From Acidobacteriota bacterium (GTDB lineage Bacteria > Acidobacteriota > Terriglobia > Bryobacterales > Bryobacteraceae), in the NCBI GenBank assembly GCA_026394015.1, contig JAPKZA010000237.1, positions 13,586 to 77,585 of the forward strand: DNA of 64,000 nucleotides, read 5' to 3'. Below the pieces are notes generated by a model. The model saw only the letters and a list, made by a program, of their open reading frames with translations, was not told the origin of the DNA and did no database searches. The number at the start of each line of letters is the position of its first letter. Positions within the stretch are counted from its first letter, which is position 1. The translations under genes were made by a program, and so were the position numbers. Shown here piece by piece: positions 36,845 through 45,082 of this stretch.

Positions 36845-38004
36845 TCGATTTCTGGCTCATCCCCATCTCGCTGATGTTGATCATCGTCGGCCTGTTCCCG
36901 CCCCTCGCCGGCTACATCGTCCTCGTCGAACGCAAAGTCCTCGCCGACATGCAGGTCCGCCTCGGACCCATGCGCGTCGGCCCCCACGGCCTCCTCCAGC
37001 CCCTCGCCGACGCCCTCAAGCTTCTCCTCAAAGAAGACATCATCCCCTCCGCCTCCGACCGCGGAGTCTTCTACGTCGCGCCCATCATCTCCATGTTCAC
37101 GGCCTTCGTCGCCTTCGGCATGGTCCCGTTCTCAGAGAAATTCCGCATCGCCGACGTCAACGTCGGCCTCCTCGTTATCAGCGCCGCCGCCAGCATCGGC
37201 ATCCTCGGCATCGTCCTCGGCGGCTGGTCCTCCAACAGTGTTTACCCCCTCCTCGGAGCCCTCCGCAGCTCCGCCCAACTCGTCAGCTACGAAGTCGCGA
37301 TGGCGCTCGGCCTTCTCTGCGGCGTCATGTCCGCCGGCAGCCTCAGCATGGTGCAAATCGTGAAGAACCAGCAAGCCCAAGGCCTCTGGTATGTCTTCGA
37401 TAACTGGGGTGCCATGGTCCCGGCCTTCCTGCTGTTCTTCATCGCCGCGGTCGCCGAAACCAACCGCTCCCCCTTCGATCTGCCGGAAGCCGAATCCGAA
37501 CTCGTCGCCGGCTTCCACACCGAATACAGCGGCTTCCGCTGGGCCCTCTACATGCTCGCCGAGTACGCCAACATCTTCGTCGTCTCCGCCGTCTCCGTCA
37601 CTCTCTTTTGGGGTGGCTGGCTCCGGCCTTTCCCCAGCGTCGGCTGGCTCGAAATCCCGTTAAACTACGGTGTCCCCGTCCTGCTCTTCGCCGGTCCCGG
37701 CCTTCTCTCGGCCATCTTCCTGGCCCCTAAACTCAAGTACACCCCTCACCGCCTGGGCATGTACGCCGTCGCCGCCGGCCTCACCTTCATCGGAGCCATT
37801 CTCGCCATACCCGCCGTCAACGCCGTTGCCGCCGCCCCTTTCTGGTTTCTGTTGAAAGTGTCCTTCTTCCTCTACACCATGATCTGGTTCCGCGGCACCT
37901 TCCCGCGTTACCGTTACGATCAGCTCATGGACATCGGCTGGAAGCGGCTCATCCCCTTGGGGCTCGGCGCGGTTGCCGTCAACGCCGTCCTCGGAATGCT
38001 CTAA
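36841..38004 (+). CDS. nuoH: NADH-quinone oxidoreductase subunit H
   Basis: The sequences VLVERKVLADMQVRLGPMRVGPHGLLQPLADALKLL and ETNRSPFDLPEAESELVAGFHTEYSG match NuoH. It is located at the end of the cluster, which is atypical. Confidence 0.9.
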   Translation: MIDFWLIPISLMLIIVGLFPPLAGYIVLVERKVLADMQVRLGPMRVGPHGLLQPLADALKLLLKEDIIPSASDRGVFYVAPIISMFTAFVAFGMVPFSEKFRIADVNVGLLVISAAASIGILGIVLGGWSSNSVYPLLGALRSSAQLVSYEVAMALGLLCGVMSAGSLSMVQIVKNQQAQGLWYVFDNWGAMVPAFLLFFIAAVAETNRSPFDLPEAESELVAGFHTEYSGFRWALYMLAEYANIFVVSAVSVTLFWGGWLRPFPSVGWLEIPLNYGVPVLLFAGPGLLSAIFLAPKLKYTPHRLGMYAVAAGLTFIGAILAIPAVNAVAAAPFWFLLKVSFFLYTMIWFRGTFPRYRYDQLMDIGWKRLIPLGLGAVAVNAVLGML

Positions 38005-38008
38005 AAAA

Positions 38009-38034
38009 GTTCCGGAACCACGGAACGTTTTCTT
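38009..38034 (+). terminator. Rho-independent terminator after nuoH
   Basis: The GTTCCG/CGGAAC 6-bp stem has a 6-nt loop and is followed by GTTTTCTT. It lies 5 nt after the nuoH stop. Confidence 0.5.
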
Positions 38035-38221
38035 GCGACGTCCGTATAAATGTTCATCGGTAACGTCTCCGCTAGAGATTACTTTCCCCAACGACAACCA
38101 CTTTAGCGGAGACGCCCGATTTTGAGTCAAAAACTGGATCTGGCAATTCAGGAGCCTGGACTGTTCAAATTTCCCAGTTACGGACAGAATATCACCGCCG
38201 GTTTGTAACGCAATCGAAAAG

Positions 38222-39136
38222 ATGTTAATTCTAGCCGTCTCTCTTGCTGCGTCCCTCGCGGAGATCGCCGCCACTCTCCCCGGCCGCGTTGGTGCCTGCG
38301 TCCAGACCCCCTCGGGCCTCGAATGCACCCGCGGCACCGAGCGTTTCTCCCTCCAAAGCGTCATGAAGCTTTTTGTCGGCATCGCCGTCCTCGACGGGGT
38401 CGACCAGCGCCTCTGGAAGTTAACCGACGAAGTGCTCGTCGAACGCAAGGATTTGAGCCTCGGCGTCCAGCCCATCGCCAAGCTCGTCGGCGAGCAAGGC
38501 TATCGTACGGACATCGGCGACTTAGTCCGCCGAGCCGTCATCGAGAGCGACAGCGCGGCGACGGACATCCTAATCGCCCGCCTCGGAGGCACCGCCAAGA
38601 TCCAGGCCCTGCTCCTCAGCAAAGGTCTAACCGGCCTGCGTTTAGATCGCGACGAACGCCACCTCCAAACCGACACGATGGGCCTCAAATGGCGCCAGGA
38701 GTTCGTCGACCCCGCCAAGCTCGAACGAGCGGTCGCCGCCGTCCCCGCCAAGCGCAGGGCCGCCGCGTACCGTCACTACCAAACCGACCCCCGCGACACC
38801 GCCACCCCGGAAGCGATGACCAAGCTGCTGATTGCCTTAGCCGAAGGCCGCCTGCTCTCCCCTGACTCCACCGAGTTCCTCCTCCGCGCGATGCGCGACA
38901 CGACGACTTTCCCTGACCGCCTCAAGGCCGGCCTCCGACCCGGCTGGACGTTAGGCCACAAGACCGGAACGAGCGGCTCCTGGGACGGAGTCACGGCCGC
39001 CACAAACGACGTCGGCATCCTCTTCGGCCCGAACGGCGAACGCATCGCCGTCACCGTCTTCATCGGAGATTCCACCGCCCCGCCCGCCGACCGAGCCAAA
39101 GTCATGGCCCGGATCGCCGCCGCCGCCATTCGATAG
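38222..39136 (+). CDS. Class A beta-lactamase-like serine hydrolase
   Basis: The SxxK motif is SVMK (in FSLQSVMKLF), the SDN-like motif is SDSAATD, and the KTG motif is HKTGTSG. Confidence 0.8.
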   Translation: MLILAVSLAASLAEIAATLPGRVGACVQTPSGLECTRGTERFSLQSVMKLFVGIAVLDGVDQRLWKLTDEVLVERKDLSLGVQPIAKLVGEQGYRTDIGDLVRRAVIESDSAATDILIARLGGTAKIQALLLSKGLTGLRLDRDERHLQTDTMGLKWRQEFVDPAKLERAVAAVPAKRRAAAYRHYQTDPRDTATPEAMTKLLIALAEGRLLSPDSTEFLLRAMRDTTTFPDRLKAGLRPGWTLGHKTGTSGSWDGVTAATNDVGILFGPNGERIAVTVFIGDSTAPPADRAKVMARIAAAAIR

Positions 39137-39394
39137 CTAGCTTCTCCTCCGAACTGTGGATACCTTCTTGTTCTGTTCAGACTGGTTCGTTTCCAGGGAG
39201 GACAGACCGGCCAGCACCACCGGCTTCCGATTCGGAAACTCGGCGACGATGGACAGCGTGCCGCCCATGGCCTCTCCATAGCTTCGCAACGTCGAGAGGA
39301 GCAAGTCGCTCCGCTGCTCCAGCCTCGAAACCCCTTCCTGCCCAATGCCGAGTTCAGAAGGGTAGCGATGACCCCCTGGCACAGTAGAACCCAT
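39137..39394 (-). CDS. XRE-family HTH protein (antitoxin-like), possibly N-terminally truncated
   Basis: ELGIGQEGVSRLEQRSDLLLSTLRSYGEAMGGTLSIVAEFPNRKPVVL fits the HTH helix 2-3 plus the C-terminal tail seen in XRE antitoxins. An in-frame stop lies 4 codons upstream of the ATG, so the first helix appears to be missing. The gene abuts the bla stop with no spacer. Confidence 0.5.
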   Translation of the reverse strand: MGSTVPGGHRYPSELGIGQEGVSRLEQRSDLLLSTLRSYGEAMGGTLSIVAEFPNRKPVVLAGLSSLETNQSEQNKKVSTVRRRS

Positions 39395-39500
39395 GAAATC
39401 CCGCTAGTCGCCGCAAACGGGGTGACGGCTAGCCTTGACCTTCCAGCCCTTTCTCGCCGCTCGCCTTGTTCGACCCAGCTACGAGCGGTATGATGCGCGT

Positions 39501-39734
39501 ATGACTAGGTCAAAGATTGCTATCAGTTTGCCCAAGGATCAACTGGCGAGAGTCCGGCGGGAAGTTCGAGCCGGACGGGCCGATTCGGTTTCAGGTTACA
39601 TGGCCCGCGCCCTGGAAGAGCAAGGGAAGCGCGAGTCCCTCCAGGTGCTACTCCGGGATCTGACCGAACAGTATGGCAAACCTGCCGCTAAGGACATCAA
39701 ATGGGCGGAACGCGCACTCGAAACGCCCCGGTGA
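39501..39734 (+). CDS. Ribbon-helix-helix (CopG/antitoxin-like) protein, 77 aa
   Basis: MTRSKIAISLPKDQLARVRREVRAGRADSVSGYMARALEE is a typical RHH N-terminus. I chose the ATG at 39501 rather than the TTG at 39435. Confidence 0.7.
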   Translation: MTRSKIAISLPKDQLARVRREVRAGRADSVSGYMARALEEQGKRESLQVLLRDLTEQYGKPAAKDIKWAERALETPR

Positions 39735-39741
39735 GGCGGAA

Positions 39742-40098
39742 GTGCGCGCGCAGAATCGCGTTGCCAGTATTCGATTCGTGAAAGAGTACGACGCTGTAGT
39801 GTCATTCCGGCTCGGCGACAGGCGAGCCGAAGGCGCCCTTGAGTTCGAACGAACCGTCAAATCGACCGACGCCTACTTCCGCATATTCACCTTGCTGAAG
39901 GATGAGGGGCAGCTCGACCGGTTCCTGTTTCTCGTGCCAGACAGCAAGTCGCAATTGCTGCTTCGCGACGCCGCACCAAGTCACTGCCCGCGCATCTACG
40001 TTGGGCTGACCCGCGAATTCCAGAGCCAACCGGCGACGGCACCGCTGCTAGATTTGCGGTCCAGCAGTACGGTGAGCCTCGCAGCATGTCTTCATTGA
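39742..40098 (+). CDS. Hypothetical protein (118 aa) downstream of the RHH gene; possible PD-(D/E)xK-like motif
   Basis: A GTG start lies 5 nt after a GAGG and 8 nt after the RHH stop. The sequence YDAVVSFRLGD...ALEFERTVKS...LDRFLFLVPDS resembles a D...ExE/K nuclease-type core. This is a weak, by-eye call. Confidence 0.3.
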   Translation: MRAQNRVASIRFVKEYDAVVSFRLGDRRAEGALEFERTVKSTDAYFRIFTLLKDEGQLDRFLFLVPDSKSQLLLRDAAPSHCPRIYVGLTREFQSQPATAPLLDLRSSSTVSLAACLH

Positions 40099-40544
40099 CC
40101 TGATTGCATGTAAACGGTACAGAACTGCGGCCCAACTTGCTTGAGTCGATCTGTCAGATAGGGGGAGAATCAGTGGAAATCCCATTGACGATTTGGTCCT
40201 CGCAATGGACGCCATAATGCGTAGTCCGGCCGGGGCAATCCCCGGATGCAAATGACACTGCTGCAAAGTGATCGAGAAATCGCGACAGCGTGAAAACGCG
40301 AAACCGCCCCCCAATGTACTGCTACTGCCCAACCGATGCGTACGACTCGTTCAAAACCAAACTCGCGATGTACTGATTCCAATCCAACTAAAAGTGTCGC
40401 TTACTTGGAGAGATTGGAATTCGAGCTGCATGCCGTCTGCGTAACGTCCTCAAGTTCAGTATTTTTCGTTGCGAGGCTTCGAACCAGCCGTGTTGGCTGT
40501 TTTATTTTCCTTGCACGTCCGAATGCGATCGGCCTCACAGCGGG

Positions 40545-43211
40545 TTATCGAATACGTTCATCGGAACTGGGGGAAGCAACTTTTTCCAATACCGCAGTCA
40601 GAGTCTCGATGCGGTCACTGGGCCGACATTGCGCCGTCATCGCCATCGCCTCCCAAGCAGGGCGAGTCTTTACCCATGCGGATCCGAGACGGCCCATTAG
40701 CCGCGACCATACGTCGAAGTCTTGAACCAAGGCAACCGCTTCGCGCGCCTCCGTCAAAAACCTGCGTCCCTTGCTCGCAAGCGCCATCTCGACCGCTAAT
40801 CCAGCCTTAATCGCTAATGGCGCGCGCTCAAGTTGTAGCCAAAGCCTACTGTCAAGATGCCGTTCCACCGCTACCTCGGCCACGGATTGGATCTCCATGT
40901 TGACATCAACTCCGACGCCTGAAGCAAATTCGCGCTGCATCTCATTCAACCATGCCACCGCTTGCGCAAGTTCTCCAAGTTTGACCCATGTAGTGGCGCA
41001 ATCTTGTTCCAGCGCCAACCCTTTGTTACTCACCAGCCAAAGCGCTGAATCGCGGTCCAAATCGGCCCCCGCACTGGCCAGCCCACAGTAAATCTGGGGT
41101 CCAGCCTTTGCCCCACGCTTAATCAAGCCAACTATTTTTCGGAATTCTGATCTGGATCTATCTGCTGACGTAGCTTCACCGGAGCGGGCACCTGAGAGAA
41201 TCCGGTACTGTTCAATTGTCAATTCATCAAACCACTCTGGGGCTGCTCCTTCACACGCTCTTGCTGCGAGGGCATAATTCTTGGCCTCTGTAGCACCTTT
41301 GCAGATACTACGCCTAAGCCCATTCTTGACAGTTGGCGTCAAGCCTTGAAGCTCAAGAAGCCGTGACTGGACCTCTGGAGCAAAAAAACGCGCGGCAAAC
41401 GCCTCTCCGAACATGCGTGTCTCCGAGGAAAGTTGACTGGCCAGCTCCGAGTCCGGCCGGTTCCTGAACAGCAGCGAGCTTAGTGGGAAAGCTTTCGTCG
41501 GCACCTTATAATTCAGTTTCGCCGCAACGTCAGTCTGCCGACCGGACGCGTGCAATTCTGTCGTAAGTACCAGCCAAACTGCTTGCGGAAACTTTTCTTT
41601 GTCGAGCACAGTCCGGAGTCTTTCCCAACCGACGCGTTCCCATTCGACCCAAGATCGTAGGGCTCGATCCAAAGCCTCGACGGAAGGTCTCCCTTGAAGC
41701 CGAAAGCTGCGCGCCAGCTTTGACAAAGTCACAATGCGGACATCTAACTCGTCGATTGACTCCGCAAGTTGCATCGCGCGTTCTGGTCCCCTAAAGTTGC
41801 TCGCCGCAACAAGGAAGCGATCGATAGCGTATTCGTTAGCGTTCACTTTGCCGATGTAAGGCAACCGCCGAACTGGGGCGCTATTCAGGGCTATTTCAGC
41901 TTGCGCACGATCCGTCAGCGGTTCATTGATCCTGTAAAAGATCCATCCGCTAGCCACGCAAACAATGGAAAGCAACACGGCGGTCCATAGACTGTTTAGT
42001 CGGCTTGGAAGGCCCGGCTGCTCTTGTTTTGGTCGCCAATTGTCTTCGCTCGAAGGGATCTTCGGTTCATTGATGAATTGCGCGATCACTCCGACAATTT
42101 CTGTGTCGTCGAAGTACTGGCAATGCACCGCTTCTTTGGCAGTGACAAGATCGACCACAAGTCGTTCAAGATCAGTTAGCATGAGCCGCTGCGCGGATGA
42201 CATCGCAAGAGCCTGTCTGGCTCTCTTCAAGAGCCCATGTGCCGCACGGTCAGCCTGTTCGTTGATTCGTTGATTGATTAATGCTGGCAGCACAGTGCCG
42301 CGACTTTCTGGCAATGGCCCTGTGGTGACATCGGTGATTTCAGCCCAAGCGAGATCGCAACCCTGCGCCTTGCGCGCGAGAGTCGTCCAGATGAACTCGT
42401 CTCCCCGGGAAGCGAATGAATTTGCGACTCTGTTGAGCCATGAGGTTCGCGGCAAGAGATTCCCCTCGAATCGCAGCGTCTGCGTCAGCCCGTTGATGGC
42501 TTCGTCCTCGGGCGACGCGAGAAACAGGCAGCGATCGCGGATTAATTCCAATGTGCGGCGCATTGCCGCAGCGCGCCATCGCTGCAAGACGATAAGGGGC
42601 AAAAGACCGAGCGCCCGGACGCAGATCAGAAGCGTAGCGGCTAGAAGGGTCATGCAAAAGAGAGCAACGAGAGACGACGCGTTGGACCATTCAAAACTTG
42701 ATTGAAAGGAACTGACACTGTCGTTTGCGTATCCGAAGATCCAAAGCAGGATCATCACCGAGATAGCCAACGGCAGCAACTGCCAAAGCTTCGACCGCAT
42801 AATTCGGACGTGAAGGAATGGAGTTCCCACGGTAACAAGTGCATGGAGATTGTCCAATTTTCCATTCTGGCTGCGGGCCTCATTCAGCGCGTGCCAGGCC
42901 ACTGAACCGCCGTGACTATGGCAAACCAAAACATACTGTGTCTGTGTAGCCTCATACGATTTGATGATGCGGGCCAAACGTCGCGCAGCATCACGGCGTT
43001 CAAGCTCTGAATTTGCTCCGGACCAATGAAACACCGCTTCGCTCGGCTGCACGTCCGCATTCCGGCTGAGCCGCGCGGAAAGTCCTCGCTGAAACTCACT
43101 GCTTCGCTGCCACCACTGATCACCGCTGTCTGCGGTCGCGGACGCAAAGGTTCCATGAATCAACAACACTTGGAGCGGGCGATCCTGTGAAGGTGGGACA
43201 CCTGAAGACAT
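40545..43211 (-). CDS. 888-aa protein with an N-terminal alpha/beta-hydrolase (lipase/esterase-like) domain, TM helices and a long helical C-terminal region
   Basis: The N-terminus reads LQVLLIHGTF...FHWSGANS...YVLVCHSHGGSVAW...LVTVGTPF, with the nucleophile elbow HSHGG. The TM segments are LWQLLPLAISVMILLWIFGY, LVALFCMTLLAATLLICVRALGLLPLIVL and LWTAVLLSIVCVASGWIFY. The gene is visibly AT-richer than its surroundings. Confidence 0.75.
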   Translation of the reverse strand: MSSGVPPSQDRPLQVLLIHGTFASATADSGDQWWQRSSEFQRGLSARLSRNADVQPSEAVFHWSGANSELERRDAARRLARIIKSYEATQTQYVLVCHSHGGSVAWHALNEARSQNGKLDNLHALVTVGTPFLHVRIMRSKLWQLLPLAISVMILLWIFGYANDSVSSFQSSFEWSNASSLVALFCMTLLAATLLICVRALGLLPLIVLQRWRAAAMRRTLELIRDRCLFLASPEDEAINGLTQTLRFEGNLLPRTSWLNRVANSFASRGDEFIWTTLARKAQGCDLAWAEITDVTTGPLPESRGTVLPALINQRINEQADRAAHGLLKRARQALAMSSAQRLMLTDLERLVVDLVTAKEAVHCQYFDDTEIVGVIAQFINEPKIPSSEDNWRPKQEQPGLPSRLNSLWTAVLLSIVCVASGWIFYRINEPLTDRAQAEIALNSAPVRRLPYIGKVNANEYAIDRFLVAASNFRGPERAMQLAESIDELDVRIVTLSKLARSFRLQGRPSVEALDRALRSWVEWERVGWERLRTVLDKEKFPQAVWLVLTTELHASGRQTDVAAKLNYKVPTKAFPLSSLLFRNRPDSELASQLSSETRMFGEAFAARFFAPEVQSRLLELQGLTPTVKNGLRRSICKGATEAKNYALAARACEGAAPEWFDELTIEQYRILSGARSGEATSADRSRSEFRKIVGLIKRGAKAGPQIYCGLASAGADLDRDSALWLVSNKGLALEQDCATTWVKLGELAQAVAWLNEMQREFASGVGVDVNMEIQSVAEVAVERHLDSRLWLQLERAPLAIKAGLAVEMALASKGRRFLTEAREAVALVQDFDVWSRLMGRLGSAWVKTRPAWEAMAMTAQCRPSDRIETLTAVLEKVASPSSDERIR

Positions 43212-43343
43212 AGTGAGAGTGTAGCGTGGAGCGAGCTCTCGAACAGGCCTATTCCGGGAGTTTTCGGATACCGGCCCAAGACATCACCTGCCGCGCGCCG
43301 ACCGAGAGTATCGGATCGATAGACCCTCATGCCTTACAAATCC

Positions 43344-43358
43344 CCGCCCGTAGGGCGG
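43344..43358 (-). terminator. GC hairpin (CCGCCC-gta-GGGCGG) downstream of the dienelactone hydrolase gene
   Basis: The 6-bp GC stem with a 3-nt loop is followed on the minus strand by GGATTTGT. It lies about 120 nt after the stop at 43476. Confidence 0.3.
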
Positions 43359-43475
43359 AATCTTCTCTCTTCCGCCAATTCTCCACCCTCATCTTCACGC
43401 TGAACCAAAACACCTCTGGTACCGCGATGACCACCCGCGGTAACCTGCGTACCCGCGACGCGGGCCTTCCCCAAG

Positions 43476-44300
43476 CTACCGCCCCAGCAGATGGCGGCGG
43501 AAGAACCCCTCGGCCCGGCGGCGGGCGTCGTCGTTGGCCGCGGCGTTGGCCGGATTCTTCTGTTTGGCCGCGCCCGGATCGTCGAAGTTGTGTTCGGCGC
43601 CTTGATAGGCCGTCAGGCCAATGAGCTTGGAGCGCTTGGCAACGGCGGTCTCCCACTTTTGGCAGCGCTGCGGGGAGACCTCTTCGTCAGCAAGGCCAAC
43701 GAAGAGGTGGAGCGGCGCGTAGGGGACGTAGACCCCCTGAATTGCCTCCATGCCGCAGCCGGGATAGAAGGCCAGTGCCGCGCGGAAGCCCGAGCCGGGA
43801 GCTTTGGTCGACATGGTAACCAGCGCGGTCATGCCTCCGTTCGACCAGCCCTGCAGGCCGATGCGGTCGCCGATCACTTCGCGCCGGCGGCGCAGGAAGT
43901 CGAGCGCGCCGTAGGCGTCGAGTGGGCGGACGGTCTGCTCGCTGACGGCGGCGGGTCGATCTTCGTAACTGCCGCGGCCAAAGCCTTCGGGGAAGCCGCG
44001 GGGTCCGAAGCTATCGACGAGCAAAGCAGCGTAGCCCTGTCCCGCCCAAAACGCGCCCCAGAATTTGTGGCGCTTGGAAAGCGTCTTGGCGTTGAAGACT
44101 CCCTTGGCGACCGACGAATAGGGGCCGCCCCGGCCGTGGAGAAGCACGACGGCCGGATAAGGTGCGGGGACCGACGGACGATAGAGGTAGCCGAGAAGTT
44201 TGGTTTTGCCATCCGCACTGAGGAAATGCACGGTCTCGGGGACGGGTTGTGCCAAGGCGACAACGGCGGCGGCAAGTACGGCGATCAGCAGGATACGCAT
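43476..44300 (-). CDS. Dienelactone hydrolase-family alpha/beta hydrolase, secreted
   Basis: It has a signal peptide (MRILLIAVLAAAVVALA) and the motifs AVVLLHGRGG and GLQGWSNGG (GxSxG). Confidence 0.8.
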   Translation of the reverse strand: MRILLIAVLAAAVVALAQPVPETVHFLSADGKTKLLGYLYRPSVPAPYPAVVLLHGRGGPYSSVAKGVFNAKTLSKRHKFWGAFWAGQGYAALLVDSFGPRGFPEGFGRGSYEDRPAAVSEQTVRPLDAYGALDFLRRRREVIGDRIGLQGWSNGGMTALVTMSTKAPGSGFRAALAFYPGCGMEAIQGVYVPYAPLHLFVGLADEEVSPQRCQKWETAVAKRSKLIGLTAYQGAEHNFDDPGAAKQKNPANAAANDDARRRAEGFFRRHLLGR

Positions 44301-45019
44301 AACGGGCTCCTATTATCGTCGAGAGCGTAACGAACTGTAGTGAATCCCAGGGAGCTATGACTCTGGCGCTCGTCCACAATCGGAAGATTATCAGATCTGG
44401 ACACACCAGGGGCCGGACAGGCTTCGACCACGTTTCCGATGAATTGTCCAAAGGCGAGTCGAAGCGATTGGCAAAGCCCCGGCCCTTAAGCCCCGGCTAC
44501 GACCCTACGGACTTAGCCAAATACTCCGCCGTCACCCCCTCATGCGACGTCGAAGCCACCACCGCCCCCCGCCGCGGCATAAACACCTGCGGCGACTCAT
44601 GCCGAATCCCCGTCCAGCCCACCACTTCCTACGACAACTCCCGATCATCCTGCACCACCAGCGTATACACCAGAATCTCCGGATCCGCCGCCGAGAACCG
44701 CCTCACCTGCACCTGCGCCATCAAACTCACCAGGCAAGTCCGGCTACGCTTGAACGGAACAGCGCAACGCTCCCGCCGAATCGCCGCCAGTTCCGACGAC
44801 CCGCTCGCGGCTCCTCATCCGCGTCACCACTCTTCCACCATTGCAACGAGGAATCACCGCCCTCCAGTCTCCCAGACTGCCGCGCCTCTCCAATTACTAC
44901 ATCTGTACAAGGACGGTCATCACAAGCAATCAGGATTTATTTTTCCCTTCTTATCAACTACTTGCAAAATTGGTCCCCAAATTACCCCCCTCCCGCAGCG
45001 TAAATTCCAAACAGAACTA

Positions 45020-45055
45020 CCCGACGCGCCAACCCATCCGGCCCGTCGGGTTTTT
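45020..45055 (+). terminator. Terminator-like hairpin plus T-run, 28 nt upstream of the next start codon
   Basis: CCCGACGCGCC pairs with GGCCCGTCGGG (11 bp, one mismatch) around a 9-nt loop, followed by TTTTT. Confidence 0.4.
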
Positions 45056-45082
45056 CACTTTGAATACCCAGGAGACATCGCC

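Noticed and set aside
38222-39136. Functional link between the class A beta-lactamase and the BlaI/BlaR1-like pair at 5.2-6.8 kb
   Set aside because: The genes are 32 kb apart with many unrelated genes between them. The BlaR1-like protein lacks a penicillin-binding sensor domain, and I did not see the candidate operator dyad upstream of bla.
40471-40490. GGTTCGAA on the minus strand, resembling a tRNA T-loop (possible tRNA fragment or att site at the islet edge)
   Set aside because: The flanking 5-mers (GCTGG and CCTCG) cannot form a T-stem. No acceptor or anticodon arms are evident.
44357-45082. N-terminal 242 codons of the 476-aa + ORF
   Set aside because: The Ser/Thr/Arg/Pro-rich, low-complexity composition changes abruptly to protein-like sequence at the Met at 45083. 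That Met has a GGAGA RBS, and a terminator-like hairpin lies inside the putative extension.
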